Assembly: GCA_964445485.1 (NCBI GenBank)
Contig: CAYUPS010000009.1
Span: forward strand, 11,579-43,489
From: an uncultured Methanosarcinales archaeon
Lineage (GTDB): Archaea > Nanobdellota > Nanobdellia > Woesearchaeales > ARS49
Direction of reading: 5' to 3'
DNA: 31,911 nucleotides
This document shows, in pieces, positions 17,160-25,119 of this stretch. Positions within the stretch are counted from its first letter, which is position 1. Each line of letters starts with the position of its first letter. A program made the translations under genes and the position numbers. The notes below the pieces were generated by a model that was given only the letters and a program-made list of their open reading frames with translations, ran no database searches and was not told the DNA's origin.

Positions 17160-18020
17160 ATGCGGGCATTCTGCCTCATCGCGGCATTGCTGGCGGCGAA
17201 CATCGTCGCTGCCGAAGACGAAGCGCTCAACGAAGACCTGCCGCAGGTCACGACGATCCGGCGCTTCATGCAGGACGGCCGGCAGCTGATGGAGCTCACG
17301 CTGCGCCAGGACGGCAAGGACGTGAGCATCTTCATCGACCTGGCCAAGACGCCCGAGGCCCAGCTGCTCCAGCCGGGCGACCGCATCACGGGAGAGTACA
17401 AGAAGGAGAACCGGACGCTCTGGATGACCGCGACGCACATCATCGGCGCGAACGGCCTGCCTATCACGATGGTCACGGAAGACCGCGCGCGGCGGATCAG
17501 GGCCATCGACGCGAGCAAGAACCCCATCGTCGTGACGCTCGATGACGGCACGGTCTACAAGATCGACGGCCTGCTGCATCCCTGGTACGTGCGGCTCAAG
17601 AAGGGGCAGGGCGTGTGCTTCGACTACGTGCAGCGGAGCGAGGACCGCTGGGCGCACGCCGCGACCATCCGGCTCTTCGCGCCGGGCGTCCCTGACACGC
17701 GTCTTGAGACGTGGTCCTTCGGCGTCGAGGACGAAGTCGAGACAGTCGTGTGGGAGAACCAGCACGTCTGCCAGGTAACGACCCGCGGCAAGCGGCGGTT
17801 CTGGATCGACGTGCGGGTCTATCCGGGCTGCCGGCACTTCGTGAGGGGATTCCGCCTGCCGTTCGGCGCCCTTATCTACCAGAACAGGCACTGGCAGCCG
17901 CAGGCATGGTGGGTCAAGCACCATCACCGCCACAGGCACCACATGCGCGATCATCACCGCGGCAAGGGCGATGGCAAGAAGCACCGCGGCGGCAAGCACA
18001 AGGGAGGCAAGAAGAAATAA
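17160..18020 (+). CDS. secreted protein with a C-terminal His/Lys/Gly-rich tail
   Basis: GAGGTG RBS before ATG 17160. Signal peptide MRAFCLIAALLAANIVAA. C-terminus HHHRHRHHMRDHHRGKGDGKKHRGGKHKGGKKK. Confidence 0.65.
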   Translation: MRAFCLIAALLAANIVAAEDEALNEDLPQVTTIRRFMQDGRQLMELTLRQDGKDVSIFIDLAKTPEAQLLQPGDRITGEYKKENRTLWMTATHIIGANGLPITMVTEDRARRIRAIDASKNPIVVTLDDGTVYKIDGLLHPWYVRLKKGQGVCFDYVQRSEDRWAHAATIRLFAPGVPDTRLETWSFGVEDEVETVVWENQHVCQVTTRGKRRFWIDVRVYPGCRHFVRGFRLPFGALIYQNRHWQPQAWWVKHHHRHRHHMRDHHRGKGDGKKHRGGKHKGGKKK

Positions 18021-18112
18021 GCACTGAGCGCCGCGGCTCCGCGTCAGCCACTCATCGTGAGATGGCGGCGGGGCCGCGGCAAAGCATGACACCTCATCTG
18101 AGGTAGACTCGC

Positions 18113-18502
18113 ATGACTCCGCAAGAGATGAAGGACAAGGCGGACGTGAACAAGTTGGGGAACAAAGTCATCACCCTCATCCTCCTCGCCAGCACCGGCA
18201 TTCTTCTCTGCCTCGCGTTGGTGGTCAAAACACACCTGGAAATGATTCCTCGGCCCAAAATCACCACGCTCGAAGAGCTCAAGACGGAATGGGCTGACTG
18301 GCAGTACGACGGCATGAACATGAAAGCGCATCTCGCCACTCATCGCCTCGTGCTGAAACGCGAGACTGCCGAGGGGACGCAGGAGCGGATCGTCATCATC
18401 GACCATGAGACGATGCTCCACCTGCAAAAGAAAGTCGACGCCACGCTCACCATGCGCAGCCTCCTCGAAGAAGCCCCTGCTGAAGAGCAGCCCTCGCCGT
18501 AA
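18113..18502 (+). CDS. membrane-anchored hypothetical protein (129 aa)
   Basis: Single TM VITLILLASTGILLCLALVV. Weak RBS GAGGTAG. Confidence 0.55.
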   Translation: MTPQEMKDKADVNKLGNKVITLILLASTGILLCLALVVKTHLEMIPRPKITTLEELKTEWADWQYDGMNMKAHLATHRLVLKRETAEGTQERIVIIDHETMLHLQKKVDATLTMRSLLEEAPAEEQPSP

Positions 18503-18524
18503 CACTCACTGCGAAAGGAATGCC

Positions 18525-18995
18525 ATGCCCGCACCGCACCAGAACTACAAGCCGCCATGGTGGGCGACACTGATGCTGCCGTACATCATCTGCGGCATCG
18601 CGGCCTGCGCCATCATCCCCGTGCTCCTCACCTTCAGCGTCAGCGCGGGGCGCGTCAGCGAAGAGACTGCAGGTAACATGATGCTCGCAGTCCTCGTCAT
18701 CATGGTGTCGCTGACCGTGCTCAGCATGCTCAGCATCCCCCTGCGGCTCATCCTGCGGCGCGCATGGGTCGCCAAGCAGCCAGCCATGACGCTCGACGAC
18801 CTCATCGACACCCATGAAGGCTGGGTGTTCATGCGGCCCGAACCACTGCTCGACAATGTCTTCGTCATCCGGCTCCAGAAGGAATGGCCGCAGGGCGAGA
18901 GCGTCGAGGTGCGCATCGACAAGGCAGCGTTCGTGCGCATCGACCGGTACTTCCGGCCGGAGCATCGGAGGCTCGGCACGGCGATACAGAAGTGA
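18525..18995 (+). CDS. membrane protein (2 TM) with a C-terminal soluble domain
   Basis: GAAAGGAA RBS before ATG 18525. Two hydrophobic helices. Confidence 0.6.
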   Translation: MPAPHQNYKPPWWATLMLPYIICGIAACAIIPVLLTFSVSAGRVSEETAGNMMLAVLVIMVSLTVLSMLSIPLRLILRRAWVAKQPAMTLDDLIDTHEGWVFMRPEPLLDNVFVIRLQKEWPQGESVEVRIDKAAFVRIDRYFRPEHRRLGTAIQK

Positions 18996-19021
18996 CCCGC
19001 GACACCGGAGGAGGCGCGCAA

Positions 19022-19168
19022 ATGGTTGCGATCATTCTGTTCGTTCTCGCGTTCACCGTGTACATCGCAGGGTGCGTGCTGGTGCGCCGTCGGAGAAAAC
19101 CTCCCGACGCCCGCCAGTTCCGCACGATGGACGAAGTGTACGAGGAGATGAACAGCCCCAGCGACTGA
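19022..19168 (+). CDS. small single-TM protein (48 aa), tentative
   Basis: GGAGGAGG RBS before ATG 19022. Sequence MVAIILFVLAFTVYIAGCVLV. Confidence 0.35.
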   Translation: MVAIILFVLAFTVYIAGCVLVRRRRKPPDARQFRTMDEVYEEMNSPSD

Positions 19169-19340
19169 ACGCATGAGAGGAGGCGAGATGGCGCGAGAAC
19201 CGCCACACATCCCGCAGTTATCCCGCACGTGATTGCCAACCGCGTTGTCAATACTCTTCGGACGGCGCCGGGGCTGCCACCCGTCATCCTGACGGGGGCT
19301 TCGGCGCCGAACCAGCAGTACAATCCCAGGAGACGCACAC

Positions 19341-21395
19341 ATGTCTCGGAATGAATTCGACCGCAGTGGAGGCGGGCAGGGCTTCTTCGAGAAGAATCGG
19401 GGGAAGCTCATCCTCTTCGCCGTCATCGGCATCCTGCTCCTGATCATCAGCTTCGCCACCATCGGCTCCGTTGATCCGGCCCACGGGGAGTTCTACGTGT
19501 GGCGCAACATCATGGGCAAGGAGCTCCCGCCCGGCCAGATCATCGCGGACGAGGGCCAGGCGGGCTTCACGCGCAAGATGCACACGCAGGGCTGGGAGTG
19601 GTACTTCTTCAAGAACATCACGAGGAAGCTCGAAGGACCCTTCACCGTCACCGAGGTCGGCCCCGGCCAGATATGCACGCTGGTCCAGCACACCGGCAAG
19701 CCGCTGCCCGAAGGGATGATTCTCGCGCCCGTGAACCGCAATGAGGACGGCACGCCGAAGCTCAACGAGATGGGCCTGCCCGAATCGGACTACATGGGCA
19801 TGCTGGACGAGATGCTCGGCCCGGGGCAGTACCGCGTGCATCCGAAGATGTACACGCCGCAGCTGTTCGACTGGGTGGATGTGCCGTCGAATCAGATCTG
19901 CATCCTCAAGCAGAACGACGGCATGTCTCTTCCCGAAGGTATGCTGCTCGCGCCTGTCGAGCGCACTGCGGATGGGACGCCGAAGCTCAACGAGATGGGC
20001 ATGCCCTACAGCAAGTACCGCGGCATGCTGGATGAATACCTCACGCCCGGCCAGTACCGCATCCATCCGGGCAAGTACAAATCGCTGCTGGTGAACATGA
20101 GCGAGGTCAAAGCGGGAGAGGTGGGCGTTCTCGTGCGGCGCGCAGGCCTGCCGCTGCCCGACGGCGAATTCATCGCACCCATCGACCGCAATGAGGACGG
20201 ATCCGCGAAGCTGCGCGACAGCATCCCGCAGTCGCGCTACAAGGGCATCCTGGCAGAAGTGCTCAAGCCGGGCCAGTACCGCGTCCATCCGGGCATCTAC
20301 GAGTTCATCACGGAGAAAGCGGTGCGGGTCATGCCTGGCGAGGTCGGCGTCGTGACCGCCCTCACCGGCAAGTCCAAACCGGAGACGCAGCTGCTCGCCA
20401 AGGAGGGCGAGCGCGGCGTGCAGGAGAAAGTTCTCCCTGCCGGCACGTACTACCTCAACCCTCACATGGTCAAGGTGGACAATTTCTCCATCCAGTCCCA
20501 CCTGACCGAATTCTTGCAGGACGACAAAGCGGAGACCTTCGACGAGATCGACTTCCCGTCGAACGAAGGGTTCATGCTCAAACTCGATATCGCTGTCGAG
20601 TGGAGGGGCGACGAGAACAGGATCCCTGAGCTGTTCGTGCGGCTCGGCAACATCAAGGACCTGCAGCACAAGGTCGTCGTGCCCAACACCAGGTCGATCG
20701 CGCGGACGGAAGGCAGCAAGTACGGCGCGAAGCAGTTCATCCAAGGCGCGACGCGCGAGCAGTTCGAGAAGGCGTTCTTCGATGAACTGAAGGAGGTGTG
20801 CGCGGAGAAGGGCGTGCAGATCATGCGGGGCGTGGTGCGCAAGCTCACCGTCCCCGAGCAGATCTCGGAGCCCATCCGCATGGCGGAGATCGCCCGCCAG
20901 GAAGTGCTGCGCAACAAGGAGGAAGTGGAACGGGCAAAGTCTGCTGCGCTCAAGATGGAGGAAGAGACGCGCATCGAGCAGCGCAAACAGCAGATCGACG
21001 CTGAGACGCAGAAGATGGTCGCGGACACCAATGCTCAACAGCGCCTCTCCGTCGCCAAGGTCGAGCTGGACACCGCAAAGCAGGAGGCAGAGGCGACCAA
21101 GACGCGCGGCGATGCCGAAGCGCATGTCATCTTCGCCAAGAAGAAGGCGGAGGCGGACGGCGTGAGGGTCATGACCGAGGCATTCGGCGGGGGCGAGAGC
21201 CTGGCGCGGTACGAGATGGCGAAGGCCGTGTCGGCCAACACGACGTTCGTGTGGCTGCCGTCGAACGAAGGGACGTTCTGGGGCGGCGGTGGTACTGAAG
21301 GGCTGCTGGGTGACATGACCAAGTGGCTCGTCAAGGACGCCCGCAAGAGCAATACTGACGGCACGGAGAAGCCTGTGCCGCTCAAGAGCCGCTAA
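19341..21395 (+). CDS. membrane-anchored SPFH/band-7 domain protein preceded by three (about 3.5) tandem 75-aa repeats
   Basis: CAGGAGA RBS. TM LILFAVIGILLLIISFATIG. Three repeats at aa 101-325 (consensus V-x-PG-x-I/V ... LPEGM-LAPV-R-EDGTPKLNEMG-P-S-Y-GMLDE-L-PGQYRVHP-x-Y). SPFH core from aa 330 (MPGEVGVVTALTGKS...LPAGTYYLNPHMVKV). Ala/Glu/Lys-rich coiled-coil tail. Confidence 0.85.
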   Translation: MSRNEFDRSGGGQGFFEKNRGKLILFAVIGILLLIISFATIGSVDPAHGEFYVWRNIMGKELPPGQIIADEGQAGFTRKMHTQGWEWYFFKNITRKLEGPFTVTEVGPGQICTLVQHTGKPLPEGMILAPVNRNEDGTPKLNEMGLPESDYMGMLDEMLGPGQYRVHPKMYTPQLFDWVDVPSNQICILKQNDGMSLPEGMLLAPVERTADGTPKLNEMGMPYSKYRGMLDEYLTPGQYRIHPGKYKSLLVNMSEVKAGEVGVLVRRAGLPLPDGEFIAPIDRNEDGSAKLRDSIPQSRYKGILAEVLKPGQYRVHPGIYEFITEKAVRVMPGEVGVVTALTGKSKPETQLLAKEGERGVQEKVLPAGTYYLNPHMVKVDNFSIQSHLTEFLQDDKAETFDEIDFPSNEGFMLKLDIAVEWRGDENRIPELFVRLGNIKDLQHKVVVPNTRSIARTEGSKYGAKQFIQGATREQFEKAFFDELKEVCAEKGVQIMRGVVRKLTVPEQISEPIRMAEIARQEVLRNKEEVERAKSAALKMEEETRIEQRKQQIDAETQKMVADTNAQQRLSVAKVELDTAKQEAEATKTRGDAEAHVIFAKKKAEADGVRVMTEAFGGGESLARYEMAKAVSANTTFVWLPSNEGTFWGGGGTEGLLGDMTKWLVKDARKSNTDGTEKPVPLKSR
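19641..20315 (+). repeat. 3 x 225-bp in-frame tandem repeat inside the SPFH-repeat gene
   Basis: Period 225 nt, e.g. CCGAAGCTCAACGAGATGGGC at 19755 and 19980 and GCGAAGCTG at about 20205. Copies are diverged at the DNA level. Confidence 0.8.
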
Positions 21396-21549
21396 GAGCC
21401 AATCAGGCCTGAGGAGACAATACCATGGCCACTCTGATGGCCCGCAACCGCGATCCTCCCGCCCCCGAATGCTGCGGGGGCGGAGTGATGATCCTGATGT
21501 GCATAGTGCCGTGTCGTACGAGGATGAACCGCGAACAAGGAGGTGTCTC

Positions 21550-22119
21550 ATGAAGTTCACTGCGTTGCTGCTGTGCTGCGTGGCGATGGTCTTCGCGCCG
21601 ATGGCGTTCTGCGCCGACGCGCTGCCGACCATGCCCGAGGAGGAGCTGCTGCAGAAGTTCGGCGACCACACCATCGCGTGCCCGATCCGCTCGGAGAAGA
21701 ACGAGTGGTACGCGCTGACGCTCCAGAAGGGCGAGACGGGCATGAGCATGTTCGTCACGCAGGAGATGTACGGGCGCGTCGTGGTCGGCATGGCGCACTC
21801 GGCGCCGACACTGGGCGAGCTCCTGCCGGAGGAGGCGAAGGCGGCGGAGAAGGCGCTCGAGAGCGCGCACGGCCCTCTCGAGAGGGTGCGTGCGTTCATG
21901 CACGTCGAAACGATGAAGCTGAAGGTCCTGGGCACGCATCCGAGCGGCAAGGAGTGGTGCGCCGTGCTGGCGTTCATCCATCCGAATGGCGTGGGGTTCA
22001 TCGAGAACCCGCTCACGCAGGAGGAAGCGGAGACGCTCGGGAAGGCGCTCGAGAGCAAGCGCGTGACGCTCACGGCGGCCCTCAAGGCGCAGAAGGCGCT
22101 GGTGGAGAAGAAGGAATAG
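21550..22119 (+). CDS. secreted protein with an internal duplication (189 aa)
   Basis: AAGGAGGTG RBS before ATG 21550. Signal peptide MKFTALLLCCVAMVFAPMAFCA. Internal halves: KNEWYALTL...LPEEAKAAEKALES versus GKEWCAVLA...LTQEEAETLGKALES. Confidence 0.7.
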   Translation: MKFTALLLCCVAMVFAPMAFCADALPTMPEEELLQKFGDHTIACPIRSEKNEWYALTLQKGETGMSMFVTQEMYGRVVVGMAHSAPTLGELLPEEAKAAEKALESAHGPLERVRAFMHVETMKLKVLGTHPSGKEWCAVLAFIHPNGVGFIENPLTQEEAETLGKALESKRVTLTAALKAQKALVEKKE

Positions 22120-22159
22120 CTCCGGCACGGAAGTCGGAGCGAAGAGTGTGACAAAGGGG

Positions 22160-22195
22160 GCGTCCTGCCGCTCATCACGGCAGGACGCTCTTTTT
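22160..22195 (+). terminator. rho-independent terminator
   Basis: 11-bp perfect stem GCGTCCTGCCG / CGGCAGGACGC, 7-nt loop, then TCTTTTT. Confidence 0.8.
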
Positions 22196-22213
22196 CATGA
22201 AAGGAGGCCGCGC

Positions 22214-22567
22214 ATGGCCGCAGTATTGCTGGGGTTCGTGATCGGCATCGTCGTGGTTGTCGCAGGGGTGTGGATCGCGTGTTCCCTCTCGCGGAGGTTC
22301 GCCGATGAGGAGGTGTCGAGCACAGTCTTCGGCGGGTGGTTCTGCATGGCGGTGCTGTCGAATGTGTCCGTGGTGCCGCTGTTGTCAGTCAGGCTGGCGG
22401 AGTGGTGGGGGTTGGAGCTCGCAGGGGGCGCGGGGATGGGGCCGCTCCTGGTGGGGGCGACCGTCCTTCTCGGGTTCCTGTGGCGCAGAGGTGAGCTGTT
22501 GCGGCACACCTATGCAAAGTGGGGGTTGCGCAAGGAGTTGCAGGGGAAGGATCCGCCGCGTACCTGA
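22214..22567 (+). CDS. integral membrane protein (117 aa, 3 TM)
   Basis: GAAAGGAGG RBS before ATG 22214. Hydrophobic helices. Confidence 0.6.
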   Translation: MAAVLLGFVIGIVVVVAGVWIACSLSRRFADEEVSSTVFGGWFCMAVLSNVSVVPLLSVRLAEWWGLELAGGAGMGPLLVGATVLLGFLWRRGELLRHTYAKWGLRKELQGKDPPRT

Positions 22568-22592
22568 TCGTCCTGCGTCTGTTGCAGGACAA

Positions 22593-22623
22593 GCCGTCTT
22601 CCTTCGGGAGGGCGGCTTTTTTT
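22593..22623 (+). terminator. rho-independent terminator with UUCG tetraloop
   Basis: Stem GCCGTCTTCC / GGAGGGCGGC (10 bp, two G-U wobbles), TTCG loop, then T7. It ends the + strand block; an AT-rich spacer follows before the convergent vapC. Confidence 0.75.
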
Positions 22624-22653
22624 ATGCAGAATTATCTTCTATATTAAAATAAA

Positions 22654-23037
22654 TCAGTACCGCTGCGTCTTCAAACCGCGCACCGTCAAGAGCGCCTCGT
22701 TGCGCGTGAGCACCTGCTCATTGTGGTGCAGGGCGAACCCCGCGATCATCGCATCGTCCCACGAGAGCATCCTGCTCGCCGCGCGCGCCTCGGCAGCGAC
22801 TGCGGCAGCGCGCCGCGCGCACTCCGCATCGAGCGGCAGCGTCGTGAGCGCGTCGAGCAATTCATGCACGAGCGCGCGCTTGTGCGCAGGGAGCGAATGC
22901 GTCGCGGCCTGGATCTGGAACACCGACGGGGCGGTCGCCCGCACAGGCGTGCCGGCGCGCTCTATCTCCTGCGCCATCATGACAGCATGGCTCTCGCCGC
23001 GCAAAAGGTCGATGAGGAACTGCGTATCGAGTATCAT
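22654..23037 (-). CDS. vapC: PIN-domain toxin VapC
   Basis: N-terminus MILDTQFLIDLLRG typical of VapC. Acidic PIN residues. 4-nt ATGA overlap with the upstream antitoxin gene. Confidence 0.85.
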   Translation of the reverse strand: MILDTQFLIDLLRGESHAVMMAQEIERAGTPVRATAPSVFQIQAATHSLPAHKRALVHELLDALTTLPLDAECARRAAAVAAEARAASRMLSWDDAMIAGFALHHNEQVLTRNEALLTVRGLKTQRY

Positions 23038-23267
23038 AAGTGGTAGAGGTCTCCGCGCAGGGAGTGCATCTTCTCCTTCTTGCGCATCGTCTCGGCGACA
23101 TGCTCGAGGTCCTGGGCCTCCATGGCGGAGAGGATGCCGGCGAATTCGGTGATGCGGGATGCGCCGGTGAGCCGCATGATCGCCTGGCTGAACGATTCAT
23201 TCTGCCGCTTGAGGCCCGAGAGGCGGTCGTAGGCCTCTGTGGTGATAGTGATGGTCTTTGTCGCCAT
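23034..23267 (-). CDS. vapB: antitoxin VapB (COG1753/PF02697-type, ribbon-helix-helix-like)
   Basis: MATKTITITTEAYDRLSGLKRQNESFSQAIMRL matches the putative-antitoxin family found upstream of PIN toxins. Start chosen at the internal ATG (track ORF 23034..23288). No clear SD, so the start is uncertain. Confidence 0.75.
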   Translation of the reverse strand: MATKTITITTEAYDRLSGLKRQNESFSQAIMRLTGASRITEFAGILSAMEAQDLEHVAETMRKKEKMHSLRGDLYHL

Positions 23268-23351
23268 AGTAAATACACATACATACACTTAGGTATAAGT
23301 CATTTTAGAACCACTACGGAGTGCTCAACATGCCAATATATAGTGAAAGAC
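23268..23351 (-). promoter_or_regulatory. AT-rich putative vapBC promoter/operator region
   Basis: GC drops sharply here. Contains the (CATA)-like direct repeat ACACATACATACAC and A/T tracts between the dtdA stop and the vapB start. Confidence 0.3.
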
Positions 23352-24158
23352 CTACTTGAGCTTCACGACCTTGATCCCTCGCGCGTCCAGCAGCGCGAGG
23401 ATCGGCGCGCGCTGCTCCGCAGAGCCGCACGACTTATCAAAGAGCGCAACATCTACCGGCTCGGCGCTGCGCTCGAGCGCCTGCGCCACGACCTCAGCCG
23501 ACAATCCTTTCTCCACAGCATACTTGGAGAACATGTGCGAGAACGCGTACTCTCCCGACAACGCCCTGCGCGTGAAGCGGTCCGGATAATGCCCGCCGCC
23601 AAAACCCAGCGCCACCGGCAGCTTCGCAGGAGCGGAGCGCATGAAACGCAGCACCGCCTGCGCGATGGCAGCGCCGCGCGACGCATCCGACCATTGCGCC
23701 TCGGTCGAACCGAGCTCCAGGAAGAGAAGCGGCGTCCTCACCGATGTCGGTCCGTGATGCGTCGCCTCGTACGTGACCTGCACCCCATCAGACGCGACCT
23801 CCTTGAGGCAGCGCAGCATGTGCGCGGCGAACGACGGATGCGCCACACCCAACGCCTCGGGATCGCCCGAACCCCACACCTCAGCGGTAGGATTGCCCAC
23901 AAAATGCACTGAATACGACACGACAGACTTCTCCGAGCGGTGGCGGTAGCAGAACACGAAACACTGCGCATCGAAGAGCGCATCAAGGGACGTCGCCTTC
24001 ACCAACTCCTCATCATGCCAGTACAGGTAATCCTTGCCGGCGCAGAAGAGGTTGTCCGCGACGCGCGAGAACGCGCCCGTTCGGAGCAGCGCATCGCCGA
24101 TAGTCGCCGACGCCATCTCCTTGCGCGTCACGACGAACACCACGCGGGCCTTGTGCAT
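23352..24158 (-). CDS. dtdA: D-aminoacyl-tRNA deacylase, archaeal/plant type (DTD2)
   Basis: Conserved DTD2 blocks VTYEATHHGPT, LGFGGGHYP and AFSHMFSKYA align with Pyrococcus DtdA (CYEATHHGPT, LGIGGGHYAP, FGHILPKYA). Length is about 268 aa. Confidence 0.8.
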   Translation of the reverse strand: MHKARVVFVVTRKEMASATIGDALLRTGAFSRVADNLFCAGKDYLYWHDEELVKATSLDALFDAQCFVFCYRHRSEKSVVSYSVHFVGNPTAEVWGSGDPEALGVAHPSFAAHMLRCLKEVASDGVQVTYEATHHGPTSVRTPLLFLELGSTEAQWSDASRGAAIAQAVLRFMRSAPAKLPVALGFGGGHYPDRFTRRALSGEYAFSHMFSKYAVEKGLSAEVVAQALERSAEPVDVALFDKSCGSAEQRAPILALLDARGIKVVKLK

Positions 24159-24226
24159 GCAGCGGCCAACGCCCAGTCACAATAAAAATGTTTGTGAGGG
24201 AATGTTTATAACCCGCCCGCAGCTCA

Positions 24227-24739
24227 ATGCGTCAGATGATGCTCACGCGCAGCGAGATCCTCAAGGAGATCACCGCAGGACGCATCCGCATCGTCCCCTT
24301 CTCTGACGCGAACCTCGGCCCGGCAAGCTATGACGTGACGCTCGGCGACGAATTCCGCATCATCACCGCGAAGAAGCCCATCCTGCTCACCGATGACGCG
24401 GACGTCACGGCGCACAGCAAGAAGATCACCGCAGAGCAATACACTCTCAAGCCCGGCGAGAGCGTGCTCGGCATCACGCGCGAGCGCATCACGCTCCCCA
24501 GCGACATCTGCGCCGAGGTGCAGGGCCGCTCGCGCTTCGCCCGCTTCGGCCTCGCCGTCCACATCACAGCCTCATTCATCCAGCCGGGCGTGTCCAACAG
24601 GACAGTCCTTGAGATCTGCAACACGGGACCCGCGACGCTCATCCTCACTCCAGGCACGCGCATCGCGCAGATCATCTTCGCCCGCTGCGAAGGCACTGCG
24701 ACATACGCAGGCGCGTTCCAATCGCAGGAGGCGCTCTGA
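24227..24739 (+). CDS. dcd: dCTP deaminase (Dcd family, possibly bifunctional dCTP deaminase/dUTPase)
   Basis: dUTPase-fold Dcd motifs: VTLGDEF, GESVLGITRERITLP, EVQGRSRFARFGL, FIQPGVSNRTVLEICNTGP. Start could be at one of the nearby in-frame ATGs. Confidence 0.8.
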   Translation: MRQMMLTRSEILKEITAGRIRIVPFSDANLGPASYDVTLGDEFRIITAKKPILLTDDADVTAHSKKITAEQYTLKPGESVLGITRERITLPSDICAEVQGRSRFARFGLAVHITASFIQPGVSNRTVLEICNTGPATLILTPGTRIAQIIFARCEGTATYAGAFQSQEAL

Positions 24740-25119
24740 TGGGCGTCGAGGACAAGATAGACCCATTGCTCAGGTACGGCTTCCTCCGGCACGCGGACCT
24801 CATCGACACCACCATCATCTGCGACAGCACCCAGTTCTGCTTCGGCAAGTTCTACACCGCATACCAGCGCGCCGCGGACGAAGAAGCGCGCGAGCGCATC
24901 ATCGCGCTCAGGACGCACCATCTGCGGCGCGCCATGCGCGGACCGCTCGAGTACCTGCGTCGGGAAGGCGTCGCATACCTCACGCCAGAAGGCGTCGCGG
25001 CTCCCGAAGCGCACTACGCTGTCGGCGCGATCATGGCCCCGCTCACGCGGGCGCAGGCCAGAGCCATCGCAGCGCTGCCCGCCGTGCGCTGCCTCCTGCG
25101 CACCAATGAAGAGCTCTAG
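24739..25119 (+). CDS. hypothetical protein (126 aa), translationally coupled to dcd
   Basis: TGATG stop/start overlap with dcd. CAGGAGG lies 8 nt upstream. Confidence 0.6.
   Translation: MGVEDKIDPLLRYGFLRHADLIDTTIICDSTQFCFGKFYTAYQRAADEEARERIIALRTHHLRRAMRGPLEYLRREGVAYLTPEGVAAPEAHYAVGAIMAPLTRAQARAIAALPAVRCLLRTNEEL

Noticed and set aside
15697-18092. Minus-strand ORFs antisense to the SPFH gene (15697..16689) and the His-tail gene (17139..18092)
   Set aside because: Arg/Gly/Leu-rich with no RBS. The + strand genes are supported by homology or signal peptides.
19284-22178. 964-aa minus-strand ORF spanning the SPFH-repeat gene
   Set aside because: Antisense of a gene with clear SPFH homology and in-frame repeats. 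Composition is Arg/Ala/Leu-biased.
24170-24226. Possible sigma70 promoter in the AT-rich spacer before dcd (TTGTGA ... TTTATAA)
   Set aside because: Spacing between the candidate -35 and -10 hexamers is only about 8 nt, so the promoter cannot be assigned from sequence alone.
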